Source: Candidatus Zhuqueibacterota bacterium
Lineage (GTDB): Bacteria > Zhuqueibacterota > Zhuqueibacteria > Residuimicrobiales > Krinioviventaceae
Length of the DNA stretch: 64,000 nt
Assembly: GCA_016928775.1 (NCBI GenBank)
Contig: JAFGKD010000094.1
Span: 9,504 to 73,503 of the forward strand
Reading direction: 5' to 3'
The notes under the pieces were generated by a model. The model worked only from the letters and a program-made list of their open reading frames with translations, was not told where the DNA came from and made no database searches. Positions 38,901-47,373 of the stretch are shown here, one piece after another. Made by a program: the position numbers and the translations under genes. Positions within the stretch are counted from its first letter, which is position 1. Each line of letters opens with the position of its first letter.

Positions 38901-40855
38901 AGAACGCCCTTGGGCGTACCGGTGGAACCGGAGGTATAAATGACATAGGCCAGGTTTTTCGGCGTCACCGCCGTCAGCGGACAGTCGGAAGCTTCTGCAG
39001 CGATCGACGACCACTCTTCATCGAGAACAACCAGATCAGCCTGAAAAGCGGCCAACGCTTCTTTTTGTGAGACCTGCGTTACGATCGTTGTGATGCCGGC
39101 GTCCTCGATCATAAACGCGAGACGCTCCGGCGGGTATTCGGGATCGAGCGGCAAATAGGCTGCGCCGGACTTTAGGATGCCTAACAATCCGACGATCATA
39201 TCAATAGATCGTTCAATGGACAGGCCGACAAGCTTTTCCGGTCGCGCGCCCTTTTTGATCAGATAGTGCGCCACCTGGTTGGCGCGCTGCTCCAGCTCGC
39301 CATAGGTTATCTGCTGTGATCCGGCGATAATCGCCACGGTTTCAGGAGAGGCGTGTGCCCGCTGGAGCAAATCGTGTAGACAATAATCGTCGTCAAAATT
39401 TTTGTCGGTGTTGTTCCACTCGACGATGACCTGGTTATATTCGTCCGGCGATACAAGGCTCACCTGCGCAATCGGTTTATCCGGTGCTTCCAGCATTTTT
39501 TCGAGCAACAACGCGAAAAAATGAATCAATCGATCGATCGTCGCCGCTTCGAACAGATCCGTGTTATATTCTAATGAACCGCCTAATTGCTCATCACCTT
39601 CATGGATACCCAGGGTCAAATCAAATGTGGAAATTTCTTTGGGGAGATCGACCTCACTGATATTCAGACCAGGTAGCTGTGCTTCACCTGATTGTTTGTT
39701 TTGCATTACAAACATAATTTGAAACAGCGGCGTGTAGCTGGTATCGCGTTCGGGCTGCAGCTCTTCCACCAGCTTTTCGAACGGCATATCCTGGTGCGCG
39801 TAGGCGTCGAGGGTCACCTCTTTGACGCGCTGAAGGACCTGGCGAAAAGTCGGCGCACCGGCCAGATTTGTGCGCAACACAAGCGTATTGACAAAAAAGC
39901 CGATGAGATTTTCAAGCTGTTTTTTTGTACGATTGGCAATGGGCGTACCGACACAAATATCATCCTGCCCTGAAAAACGGCTGAGCACAATCTGCCAGAC
40001 TGCCAATAACGTCATAAATAGTGTCACGCCTTCTGCGTTGCTGAAATCCTTGACTCGTTTGGATAATTCCTTAGAGAGTGTAAAAAGTGCGGTGGTGCCG
40101 CGATTCGTTTGGAATTGGGGACGCGGTTTATCGGTCGGCAAATTCAAATGCGACGGCGCATCAGCCAGAGTGTTTTTCCAAAAAGATAACTGCTCATCGT
40201 AAACCTGGCCGCTGAGATAGTTTTGCTGCCAGTTGGCAAAATCCGCGTATTGAATGTCCAAATCCCTGAGCGGCGATGGTTGTCCTTGCGCAAGCGAATG
40301 ATAAGTGACGGCTACTTCGCGCAGCAGCACACCATTTGACCAGCCGTCGGTGATGATGTGATGCAGGATAAAAATGAGCACATACTCATCCGCTGCCAAC
40401 TTTAGCAGTCGAGCGCGGAACATCGGTGCTGTAGCAAGATCGAATGGCAGGTGCCATTCATCTACGGCACAACGCTGCACCTCTTGCTCCTGCTGCTCGC
40501 GTGGTTTAATTGTCAAATCATCGACGGGCAAATTAAAATCAATGGATTTTTCTACACGCTGGTAAGGTTTGCCGCTGATTTTGGTGAAACTCGTGCGCAA
40601 AATTTCGTGACGCGCGATGATCGTTTGGATGGTTTTTTCCAACACCGAGACATCGAGTGCTCCCTGAAAACGTGTCACGAGCGGGATGTTATATAAAAAA
40701 CTCTCCGGTTCCAATTGCTGCAGAAACCACAACCGTTGTTGGGAAAATGAAACCGGAAAAGTATTGTACGCGGCGCCCTGTTTTACAAGCTTGAGCTCTA
40801 ATAGCCTGCGTTTTTCGGGTGAAAGGGATGCCAGAACCTGCGAATAATCAGTCAT
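32954..40855 (-). CDS. NRPS D (2633 aa): C-A-T-C-A-T-E with an N-terminal docking peptide
   Basis: N-terminus MTDYSQVLASLSPEKRRLLELKLVK (docking-type). C motifs are LHHIITDGWS and MHHSISDGWS. A3 motifs lie near 38935 and 35720, with A4 regions INFDAAVEEIF and LNFDGAVEEIF. T domains are FFDLGGHSLIATQ and FFELGGDSIMSIQ (about 34500..34560). The terminal E domain has LTPIQRWFFE, VHHLVMDGVSW and MEGHGRE. Confidence 0.9.
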   Translation of the reverse strand: MTDYSQVLASLSPEKRRLLELKLVKQGAAYNTFPVSFSQQRLWFLQQLEPESFLYNIPLVTRFQGALDVSVLEKTIQTIIARHEILRTSFTKISGKPYQRVEKSIDFNLPVDDLTIKPREQQEQEVQRCAVDEWHLPFDLATAPMFRARLLKLAADEYVLIFILHHIITDGWSNGVLLREVAVTYHSLAQGQPSPLRDLDIQYADFANWQQNYLSGQVYDEQLSFWKNTLADAPSHLNLPTDKPRPQFQTNRGTTALFTLSKELSKRVKDFSNAEGVTLFMTLLAVWQIVLSRFSGQDDICVGTPIANRTKKQLENLIGFFVNTLVLRTNLAGAPTFRQVLQRVKEVTLDAYAHQDMPFEKLVEELQPERDTSYTPLFQIMFVMQNKQSGEAQLPGLNISEVDLPKEISTFDLTLGIHEGDEQLGGSLEYNTDLFEAATIDRLIHFFALLLEKMLEAPDKPIAQVSLVSPDEYNQVIVEWNNTDKNFDDDYCLHDLLQRAHASPETVAIIAGSQQITYGELEQRANQVAHYLIKKGARPEKLVGLSIERSIDMIVGLLGILKSGAAYLPLDPEYPPERLAFMIEDAGITTIVTQVSQKEALAAFQADLVVLDEEWSSIAAEASDCPLTAVTPKNLAYVIYTSGSTGTPKGVLVQHAAVANHNLATIADYEITEKDKLLQFSSINFDAAVEEIFPTLMAGATLVLRPAGPVLSVFEFIQLVEKEEVTILDIPTAYWHQLVYELEQKNVSVPASVRVVIIGGERASLERFVTWQTNGGADVELTNSYGPTETAVVCTAFFTKRENFVAETKSSLPIGRPIANVTNYVLDDYFNPVPMGWPGELYVGGKNVTRGYLNRPDVTAESFLPDPFSARPGSVMYKTGDLVRFLQDGALDYIGRADFQVKIRGFRVELGEIEALLHDYTGVRECAVFAHTLSTTEKIILAYVAGDPALDEKTLRHYVAERLPAYMVPAKIVIIETIPKTPSGKLNKRQLPIPTDLSIESTSEFVAPRTPTEEMLTSVYAELLRVDRVGIHDNFFDLGGHSLIATQLVSRIRDVLGIELPLRHLFDGPTVAHLSEIIDRKKSDKDGVDRPPILPAPAEVTEKPLSFAQQRMWFLDQLEPGNPQYNIPDAVRIKGDLNVDILTRCLQAVVDRHKVLRTAFITIEGKPKLRVWAELNISIPVVDISQLSEAERQTKAQSLVLENAKTGFDLGLAPLFRVRLIRLSEDEHIFASTMHHSISDGWSFGLLVREVGTLYERLSRGDNTPLPPLKIQYADFAYWQQQWLHGERLTKEIEYWKNQLGAGDEVLELPTDFKRPSFQTTNGAHCSFSLSRELTASLNALTAQHNVTLFMTLLAAFQTLLYRYTQQDFIAVGSPIANRNHSEIENLIGFFVNTLVLKTDFSGHPSFRAVLERVKEVTLGAYAHQDVPFEKLVDALEPERDTSRTPLFQVMFLLQNMPSQSLTLSGLTFEQINIETHTSNFDLTLAMEEHAGQLVGGFEYNTDLFEASTIHRMIEHLKTLLQEIVAAPDKPVSDYSLLPEAERKRIVHEWNDTAVAYDALPLFQLFEQQVIRTPDFVAVKAGGEQLTYAELNERANQVAHYLIKQGAQADSLVGLCYNRSLEMIVALFGILKSGAGYLPLDPNYPKERIDFMLNDAAVRIVLTEEKLASIFASETIHLTCLDSEWDKIAAEPVVNPDVPVDGNALAYVIYTSGSTGTPKGVLVTHAGVVNHNNIIRHDFYYTSSDKILQFFSLNFDGAVEEIFPTLISGATLVLRPAGVVMSVDELLDFVDREQITILDLPTAYWHEMVHELDAYDKIVPPSVRLVIAGGEAASPERYALWIKQAGKTVQWVNTYGPTEGTIIATLYDPAENEQHRLDFMPIGKPLPNYKIYILDQRLNPTPVGVPGELCIGGAGVARGYLNRPDLTAEKFIPDAWSQVEGARIYRTGDLARFLPDGNIEFIGRVDDQVKVRGFRVELGEIEASSRGHANIRDVVVVARRDGGKDVKLAAYFVTENDVELTAAELRAFLKESVPDYMIPHAFMRLDELPKLISGKINRKALPRPDVQYLEGETVAGEPENEIEEKLLSIFRDILGRQDIGTRNNFFELGGDSIMSIQVIAKANQAGIRLTPKLLFEKPTIAGLAAVAVQGGVVVAEQGLIEGPVELTPIQRWFFEQDFAAPHHWNQSLLLGVMEALDGNALEKAVYAVQQHHDMLRARFILDGSRQQLVVAEEPNQVLYQFDLSRIEETQQRQHIEEKCAELQASFNLQNGPIFLCANFNLGSTSRLFIAVHHLVMDGVSWRILLEDIQTAYQQAAADQAIRLPAKTTSFQYWAQQLAQYAQSQTVKDELPTWSHYERQLVSPIPVDAPDQRSNNYEADTEAVFVALTREETNTILHELPGQFGAQINHLLLTAFVEAYAQWSGKRSVLIDMEGHGREMLFENVDTSRTMGWFTVLYPLFLKAERAQDAKESVHSIKRQLDQTPRFGIGYGLLRYMTDDPDIRQKLANMPQPEISFNYLGQLDQVLEKSSPFKPARENKGADRSATTRRENLLDVTAQVSGERLSIHFAYSSQIHKRSSIERFADFYIKSLQRLISPPEHKPEAETPPKYDLAKLDKRQLGKVLGQLNKGKGK
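33000..34410 (-). other. Epimerization domain of NRPS D (approximate bounds)
   Basis: T domain FFELGGDSIMSIQ at about 34500..34560, then LTPIQRWFFEQ, VHHLVMDGVSWRIL and MEGHGRE. Confidence 0.75.
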
Positions 40856-40860
40856 AATCC

Positions 40861-43800
40861 TTATCGTATTTTATCATTTTCTTCTGCTGCTAACAACGCC
40901 TGCACCTCTTCCTCGGACAAGCTCTCGAGTTCGGCCAACATATCATCAATACTCTGCTCTCCGCGTTCCAGTTTTTCGACGGTTTCACTTGTGGATGGTC
41001 CCGCCGCTTCAAGGCTGTGGAGGAGCGTTGCCAACTCGGCAATTGTCGGTTTTTCAAAAATGGTTCTCAGCGGCATATCGATGTGGAACGTCTCTTCCAG
41101 CTCCGCCATAAATTGGGTGGCGAGGAGTGAATGACCACCCAGTTCGAAAAAATTATCATGTACGCCGACGTGTTCAACCTTGAGCAATTGTGCAACAATC
41201 GCTGCCAATTTTTTCTCGCGCTCATTCCGTGGTGCGACAAATTCGCTGCTCAAGTCCTCGCGAGAAATTTCCGGTTTGGGCAAGGCGCGCCGATCGATTT
41301 TGCCGCTGGGCGTGAGAGGAAATTCATCCAAAATCACAAAAGCGGACGGGATCATATAATCCGGCAATTCAGTGCGACAGTTCGATTTCAAATCAGCCGG
41401 AGAGCTATCCTGTTTTGCAACAATATAAGCAACGATGCGCAAATCGCCGGGCGTATCTTCGCGAACCAGCACGATCACATCGGTCACGCCCGGCTGTTTG
41501 GACAGCACTGCTTCGATCTCGCCCAGCTCGATGCGAAAACCGCGTACTTTGACCTGAAAATCAATGCGGCCAAGGAATTCGATATTGCCGTCCGGCAAAT
41601 AGCGGACAAGATCACCCGTGCGATACAGCCGCTCTCCCGGTTTACTGCTGTATGGATTGGGAATGAACTTGTCGGCGGTCAAGTCCGGGCGATGCAAATA
41701 GCCGCGCGCCAGGCCAACGCCGCCGACGCACAGCTCTCCGGGGACGCCAATCGGCACATGCGACCAATATTTATCCAGAATATAGAGCTGAAAATTCTGC
41801 AACGGCTTGCCAATGGGCGGCGCTTTGCTATCATTTTCATGCGTTTCATAATAAGATGCACAAACCGTGGTCTCGGTTGGTCCGTAGGCATTCACATATT
41901 GCCGTCCCACACCCCACTGCTTGACGAGCTCCAGCGAACACGCTTCACCGGCAGTGACAATGGTTTTGAGCGAAAACAGCTCATCTCTGGGCATCACGGA
42001 CAACACCGACGGCGGCAAGGTCACAATATTTACTTGCTGTTCCTTGATGACATCTCGTAGTCCCTGACCCGTCGTGAGATTTTCCTGCGGTGCGTAAACG
42101 AGACACGCACCGTTGAGCAGGGCCATCACCGTCTCCCACACCGACGCATCAAAGCTCAGAGGTGCAAATTGCAGCACCCGATGGCCGGCTTCTATATGGA
42201 AGGCCGCCCGCTGGGCGCGAAACAGATTACACAATCCCCGATGCGGCAGCAGTGTGCCCTTGGGCTTGCCGGTGGAGCCGGAGGTATAAATAACATACGA
42301 CAGGTTTTCCGGACTGACCACCACATGTGGTGCTGTATTCGGCAGAGCGGCAATTTTATCCCACTCTGAATCAAGACACAGATGCGTCGCTGAATTCTTT
42401 GGCAATGTCTCGGCGATGGCCGCTTGTGTCAGCAGCACTGCAATCGCCGAGTCTTCGATCATATAGGCTTTGCGATCTTCGGGATAGGTTGGATCGATAT
42501 TTAAAAATCCGGCACCGGCTTTCAAAATGCCCAAAATGGCGACGGGCACATTCAGCGAGCGCTCCAGACAAAGGCCGACAATATCGTCCACGCGGATGCC
42601 CTTGTTCACAAGATAATGCGCTAATTGATTGGCACGTCGATTCAGCTCGGCATAGGACAAAAACTCGGAACCGCAGCGCGCCGCTTCAGCCTCGGGTTGC
42701 CGGAGGACCCACTCGGCAAAAAGCTGATGCACAGTATGGTTATCGGGATAATCGACAGCGGTATTATTCCAGGCATAAATCACCCGCTGGATTTCATCGT
42801 TCGACAACAGCGGCAGCTCGGAGACCGGGCATGTGGGATGAGACAAGATACCCTCGACTATAATCTGGTAGTGTCTGAGCATTCTCTCTATTGTCGAGCG
42901 GTCGAACAAATCTGTATTATATTCAAAATGACAAAACAGTCCTTCGTCGGTCTCGGCTGTATTCAACGTCAGATCATATTTGGAGGTTTTGCTGTCCGCT
43001 TCCACCGGACTGATCGTGATATTCGGCAGATTGAGCGGCTTTAACGGAGTATTTTGCAGAATAAAAGCCACCTGAAACAACGGCGAATGGCTCATTTCAC
43101 GCGCAGGCTGCAAAGCATCGACCAATTGCTCGAACGGAATGTCCTGATGCGCATAAGCATTCAGGGTCATGTCGCGCACCTGGCGCAACAGCGATCGAAA
43201 ATCCATATCTCGCGAAAAATTCGCTTTGAGTACCAGGGTATTGACAAAAAAGCCGATCAGTTTTTCCGTTTGCGAGCTGGTGCGATTGGCGATGGGTGAA
43301 CCGACCAGGATTTCATTCTGACCGGAATAACGATGCAACATGGTCTGAAAGGCGGCTAACAGGAACATAAACGGCGTTACGCCTTCTTTTTGGCAAAATG
43401 TCCTGATGCGGTCGGCAAGTGATTTTGGCAATATCGACCTGACGTTAGCGCCGACAAACGTCTGCATGACCGGTCGCGGTCGATCGGTCGGCAGCTCGAG
43501 CACCGGCGGATTGAGGCCGATCGTCTCTTTCCAAAAATTGAGTTGTTTGTCCAGCACATCACCCTGCAACCAGTTATGCTGCCACACCGCATAGTCGGCA
43601 TATTGAATGGGCAGTTCTTCCAACGGGGACGGTTGATCCTGTGAGAATGCTGTGTAAAGCTGGGCAAACTCATTGACCAGCACACCGACCGACCAGCCAT
43701 CAGCAATGGTGTGGTGCATATTAAAAACAACGACATGCTCTCTGTCGTTCATTTTCAGCAATTTGATACGAAAAAGCGGTCCCTGTTCAAGATTAAACGG

Positions 43801-46800
43801 TTTCTGCGCCTCCTCGGTCGCTTTTCTTTTGGCACGATTGTCCTGCTCATCCTGCGGCACATCAGATAAATCAATCTTTTCAATATCGCCGGGGAAATCA
43901 TCATGGATAATCTGTCTGGGTTTGCCTTTCGTGGCAGCAAACGTTGTTCGCAAGGCTTCGTGTCGGCGAGTGATTTCAGTGATACTTTTTTCGAAAGCCT
44001 CAATGTTCAAGTGTCCTGACAGTTTGATCGCGCCCGGGATATTATAAAACGCATTATTCGGCGCCAATTGATCGAGGAACCACAAGCGTTTCTGTGAAAA
44101 CGACAATGGAATGTCGCCGGTGCGGTCGGCTTTTTCAATGGGCGGTGCAACGTTTTGTTCGCGCAAGCGTGCTTGCTCGACGAGCAATGTCAGACTGGCG
44201 ATGGTGGGTGTTTCGAAAATATCCCGCAGCGGCAATTCGACGCCAAAAGCATCGCGAATACGCGACACAAGCTGTGTGGCCATAAGCGAATGACCGCCGA
44301 GATCAAAAAAGCTGTCCGTGACGCCCACGCGGTCAAGGCTCAGAATATCCTGCCAAATGGCAGCAAGCTGCGTTTCCGTTTCGTTTCGCGGCGCGACATA
44401 TTCGCGAGACTTGGCAAAGGCTTCCATGTCCGGTTCCGGCAAGGCGCGGCGATCCACCTTGCCGCTCGAGGTGAGCGGAAAGCTCTCGAGCGTGAGAATA
44501 ATGGACGGCACCATATAATCCGGCAACTGATCGCGGACAAAAGATTGCAATTGCGACTGATCGATCGCGCTTCCTTGTTGCGGAATGACGTAGCCAATGA
44601 GCATGGTCTGCCCGTTGGCGTCTTCTTTGGCCAAAACAACCGCATCGCGCACATTATCATGGTGACTCAGTACCGCCTCGATTTCTCCCAACTCGATGCG
44701 AAAACCGCGAATCTTGACCTGAAAATCGATGCGGCCTAAAAATTCAATGTTGCCCTCCGAGGTGTAGCGCGTCAGATCACCGCTACGATACATTCGCTCG
44801 CCCGGAAAATCACTGAACGGATTGGGAATAAATTTTTCCGCCGTCAAGTCCGGCCGGTGCAGATAACCCCGAGCCAGGCCAGAGCCGGCAATGCAGAGCT
44901 CGCCGGGAACACCAATGGGAACAGGTTCAAGATACTTGTTGAGAATATAAAGCTGCATATTGGCAAAAGGTCGACCGATTGGAACGCTGCCGGTGGGCAG
45001 TTTTTCACGCGGTGCTTCATAGCTGGAAGCTGCGACTGTATTTTCTGTCGGCCCATAGCCGTTGATATAGGTGCGTCCGGGCGCCCATCGTCGCACAATA
45101 TCAGGAGTGACGGCTTCGCCGGCGGACACCACAACGCTCAAACGCGACAAATCCTGATGATCCAAAACTGCGAGCAGCGACGGCGGCAATGTGACTGTGG
45201 AAATCGCTTCTTCGTGTAAAAGCTGGTGTAGCTTGTCAAGCGACAAGATAGTCTCGCGCTCCACCAGATACAATGTAGCGCCATTACAAAGGGCCATGTA
45301 AATTTCTGCGACTGAGCCGTCGAATGCCAGCGAAGCAAATTGTAAAACACGGCTTTTTGTGTGAATATAAAAACGCTCACCCAGCGTTTGCACCATGTTG
45401 ATGGCACCACGATGCTGCAGCAGGGTGCCTTTTGGCCTGCCGGTTGAACCGGAGGTGTAAATCATATAAGCCAAATTTTCCGGCAAGGTGACATTTTCGG
45501 GATTTGCTGTCGGCTCGTTTTTGATCTCGGCAGCAAGCCCGAACAGATCAATGGCCTGGATATTATTGTCTATGGAGGATAGAAGTGAGGCGTGTGACAA
45601 TAACAATTTTGCTGCAGAATCCTCAAGAATATAATTCACCCGTTCTGCCGGATAGCCGGGATCAATCGGCACATAGGCGCCACCGGCTTTTTGAATCGCC
45701 AATATGGCGACGATCATCTCAATCGAACGCTCCAGGTAAATGGCGACACGATCTTCGGGACAAATACCTTTTTCCCGCAGATAGTGCGCCAATTGATTCG
45801 CACGATTATTCAGCCCCCGATAAGTCAGCCTGGTTTCCTTGAATTTAAGCGCAATTCGCCGCGGTTGTCGCTCGACCCAGTTCTCAAAAAGCTGATGCAG
45901 ACAGATTGTTTTATCGAACGCTTTGCCTGTCCTGTTCCAATCGGCTACTATTTTCTTTTCCTCAGCCGGATTCAAAAGTTTGATATGAGCAAGCGGCTCC
46001 GAGGCGCGATCGACAAAAGTATACAGAATTCGCTCCAACATGGAGAGATAACGCTCGACTGTATCGTGACGGTATTTTTTTGTTTCATAAGCAATATCCA
46101 GGACCAGCCGATCAGAGAATCCGGCGACCAATGACATCGGGTAATTCACCCGCTCAATCGTATGAAAATCGCTGAATTGCAGACTCGTGACCTGGTTCTG
46201 CATGCTTGCATCAACGGGATAATTTTCAAAAACAACAATGCTGTTGAAAAGGGGCATATTTCGCGGCACACGGCTCCAGCCATGGATATCGACGAGCGGC
46301 GTATATTCATAATCACGCATCTCAACAGCGAGTTTTTGCACATCTTGAAGAAAAGTCAGGCCGGTTTTTTGATCATCAACCCACACCCGGATCGGAAGCG
46401 TGTTGATGAACAGCCCAACCATTTTTTCCACCTCCGGCAATTCCGGCGGCCGTCCGGAAACCGTGGCACCAAAAACGATATCTGTTTCGTTCGTCAAGCG
46501 TGCCAATAACAGTGCCCATGCACCTTGCACGAGCGTATTGACGGTCAACTGATTTTGTCGTGCAAAAGCAAACAGGCGACGGGAAAAATCAACTGAAAAT
46601 TCTCGGGATAGTTTGACATAATCGGCCTGTTCAGCAATCTCCTCATCCCGAATCCGATCTTCGAGCACACAAACCGGAGCACTAAAATCACCTATGATCT
46701 TTTTCCAGAATAACTCGGCATTCTCAAGACTCTGCCGCTGAATCCAGTCAATATAATGCGAATAGGGGCGAGCCGGCGGGAGTTGCACTGGCAGGTTTAT

Positions 46801-47331
46801 CGAATAGGCTTCATACAAGGTAAAAACTTCTTTTAAAACAATCGGCATGGACCAGCCATCCGTGAGCAAGTGATGAAAAGCCCAATAGAGCTTGACCTCG
46901 CTAAAACCGAGGCGGATAATATAAAAGCGCATGAGAGGCGCCCTGGCCAGGTTGAATCCGCGCTGACGATCGGTTTGCAAAAGCTCGGCGAACTTTTGCT
47001 TTTGCTCTTCGGGAGGCAAGGCCGACCAATCCAGCTTGTGCAGTGGCAACTCGACTTCTTTATGCACCACCTGCAGCATTTTGGCGACTTTTTTCCACAC
47101 AAAAGCGGTGCGCAAGCTCGAGTGCCGTTGTATGATGGTGGACAGCGCCCTGGCAAAGGCATCCTCATTCAAGTCACCGTGGATCGTGCAAAAAAATTGC
47201 TCAAAATATTCGCCCACACCTTCATTAAAAACCGAATGAAACAGCATGCCCTGCTGCATGGGGGAAAGCGGATAAATAGCCTCTATATTTTTTGCCTTGT
47301 TTTCTTTCATTTTTTCAACTTTCAAGTTCAA
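40861..47331 (-). CDS. NRPS C (2156 aa): DCL-A-T-C-A-T with a C-terminal docking tail
   Basis: N-terminus IEAIYPLSPMQQGMLFHS (DCL-type C1 motif) and FHHLLTDGWS, then MHHTIADGWS. A3 motifs lie near 45455 and 42280. T domains are FFDLGGHSLMATQ and FFELGGHSLLATQ. The acidic C-terminal tail is AELESLSEEEVQALLAAEENDKIR. Confidence 0.9.
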   Translation of the reverse strand: MNLKVEKMKENKAKNIEAIYPLSPMQQGMLFHSVFNEGVGEYFEQFFCTIHGDLNEDAFARALSTIIQRHSSLRTAFVWKKVAKMLQVVHKEVELPLHKLDWSALPPEEQKQKFAELLQTDRQRGFNLARAPLMRFYIIRLGFSEVKLYWAFHHLLTDGWSMPIVLKEVFTLYEAYSINLPVQLPPARPYSHYIDWIQRQSLENAELFWKKIIGDFSAPVCVLEDRIRDEEIAEQADYVKLSREFSVDFSRRLFAFARQNQLTVNTLVQGAWALLLARLTNETDIVFGATVSGRPPELPEVEKMVGLFINTLPIRVWVDDQKTGLTFLQDVQKLAVEMRDYEYTPLVDIHGWSRVPRNMPLFNSIVVFENYPVDASMQNQVTSLQFSDFHTIERVNYPMSLVAGFSDRLVLDIAYETKKYRHDTVERYLSMLERILYTFVDRASEPLAHIKLLNPAEEKKIVADWNRTGKAFDKTICLHQLFENWVERQPRRIALKFKETRLTYRGLNNRANQLAHYLREKGICPEDRVAIYLERSIEMIVAILAIQKAGGAYVPIDPGYPAERVNYILEDSAAKLLLSHASLLSSIDNNIQAIDLFGLAAEIKNEPTANPENVTLPENLAYMIYTSGSTGRPKGTLLQHRGAINMVQTLGERFYIHTKSRVLQFASLAFDGSVAEIYMALCNGATLYLVERETILSLDKLHQLLHEEAISTVTLPPSLLAVLDHQDLSRLSVVVSAGEAVTPDIVRRWAPGRTYINGYGPTENTVAASSYEAPREKLPTGSVPIGRPFANMQLYILNKYLEPVPIGVPGELCIAGSGLARGYLHRPDLTAEKFIPNPFSDFPGERMYRSGDLTRYTSEGNIEFLGRIDFQVKIRGFRIELGEIEAVLSHHDNVRDAVVLAKEDANGQTMLIGYVIPQQGSAIDQSQLQSFVRDQLPDYMVPSIILTLESFPLTSSGKVDRRALPEPDMEAFAKSREYVAPRNETETQLAAIWQDILSLDRVGVTDSFFDLGGHSLMATQLVSRIRDAFGVELPLRDIFETPTIASLTLLVEQARLREQNVAPPIEKADRTGDIPLSFSQKRLWFLDQLAPNNAFYNIPGAIKLSGHLNIEAFEKSITEITRRHEALRTTFAATKGKPRQIIHDDFPGDIEKIDLSDVPQDEQDNRAKRKATEEAQKPFNLEQGPLFRIKLLKMNDREHVVVFNMHHTIADGWSVGVLVNEFAQLYTAFSQDQPSPLEELPIQYADYAVWQHNWLQGDVLDKQLNFWKETIGLNPPVLELPTDRPRPVMQTFVGANVRSILPKSLADRIRTFCQKEGVTPFMFLLAAFQTMLHRYSGQNEILVGSPIANRTSSQTEKLIGFFVNTLVLKANFSRDMDFRSLLRQVRDMTLNAYAHQDIPFEQLVDALQPAREMSHSPLFQVAFILQNTPLKPLNLPNITISPVEADSKTSKYDLTLNTAETDEGLFCHFEYNTDLFDRSTIERMLRHYQIIVEGILSHPTCPVSELPLLSNDEIQRVIYAWNNTAVDYPDNHTVHQLFAEWVLRQPEAEAARCGSEFLSYAELNRRANQLAHYLVNKGIRVDDIVGLCLERSLNVPVAILGILKAGAGFLNIDPTYPEDRKAYMIEDSAIAVLLTQAAIAETLPKNSATHLCLDSEWDKIAALPNTAPHVVVSPENLSYVIYTSGSTGKPKGTLLPHRGLCNLFRAQRAAFHIEAGHRVLQFAPLSFDASVWETVMALLNGACLVYAPQENLTTGQGLRDVIKEQQVNIVTLPPSVLSVMPRDELFSLKTIVTAGEACSLELVKQWGVGRQYVNAYGPTETTVCASYYETHENDSKAPPIGKPLQNFQLYILDKYWSHVPIGVPGELCVGGVGLARGYLHRPDLTADKFIPNPYSSKPGERLYRTGDLVRYLPDGNIEFLGRIDFQVKVRGFRIELGEIEAVLSKQPGVTDVIVLVREDTPGDLRIVAYIVAKQDSSPADLKSNCRTELPDYMIPSAFVILDEFPLTPSGKIDRRALPKPEISREDLSSEFVAPRNEREKKLAAIVAQLLKVEHVGVHDNFFELGGHSLLATQFMAELEETFHIDMPLRTIFEKPTIAELATLLHSLEAAGPSTSETVEKLERGEQSIDDMLAELESLSEEEVQALLAAEENDKIR

Positions 47332-47373
47332 AAAAAATCACATTCTCGCGCTTATTCCAGCGGGCGTATTCGG

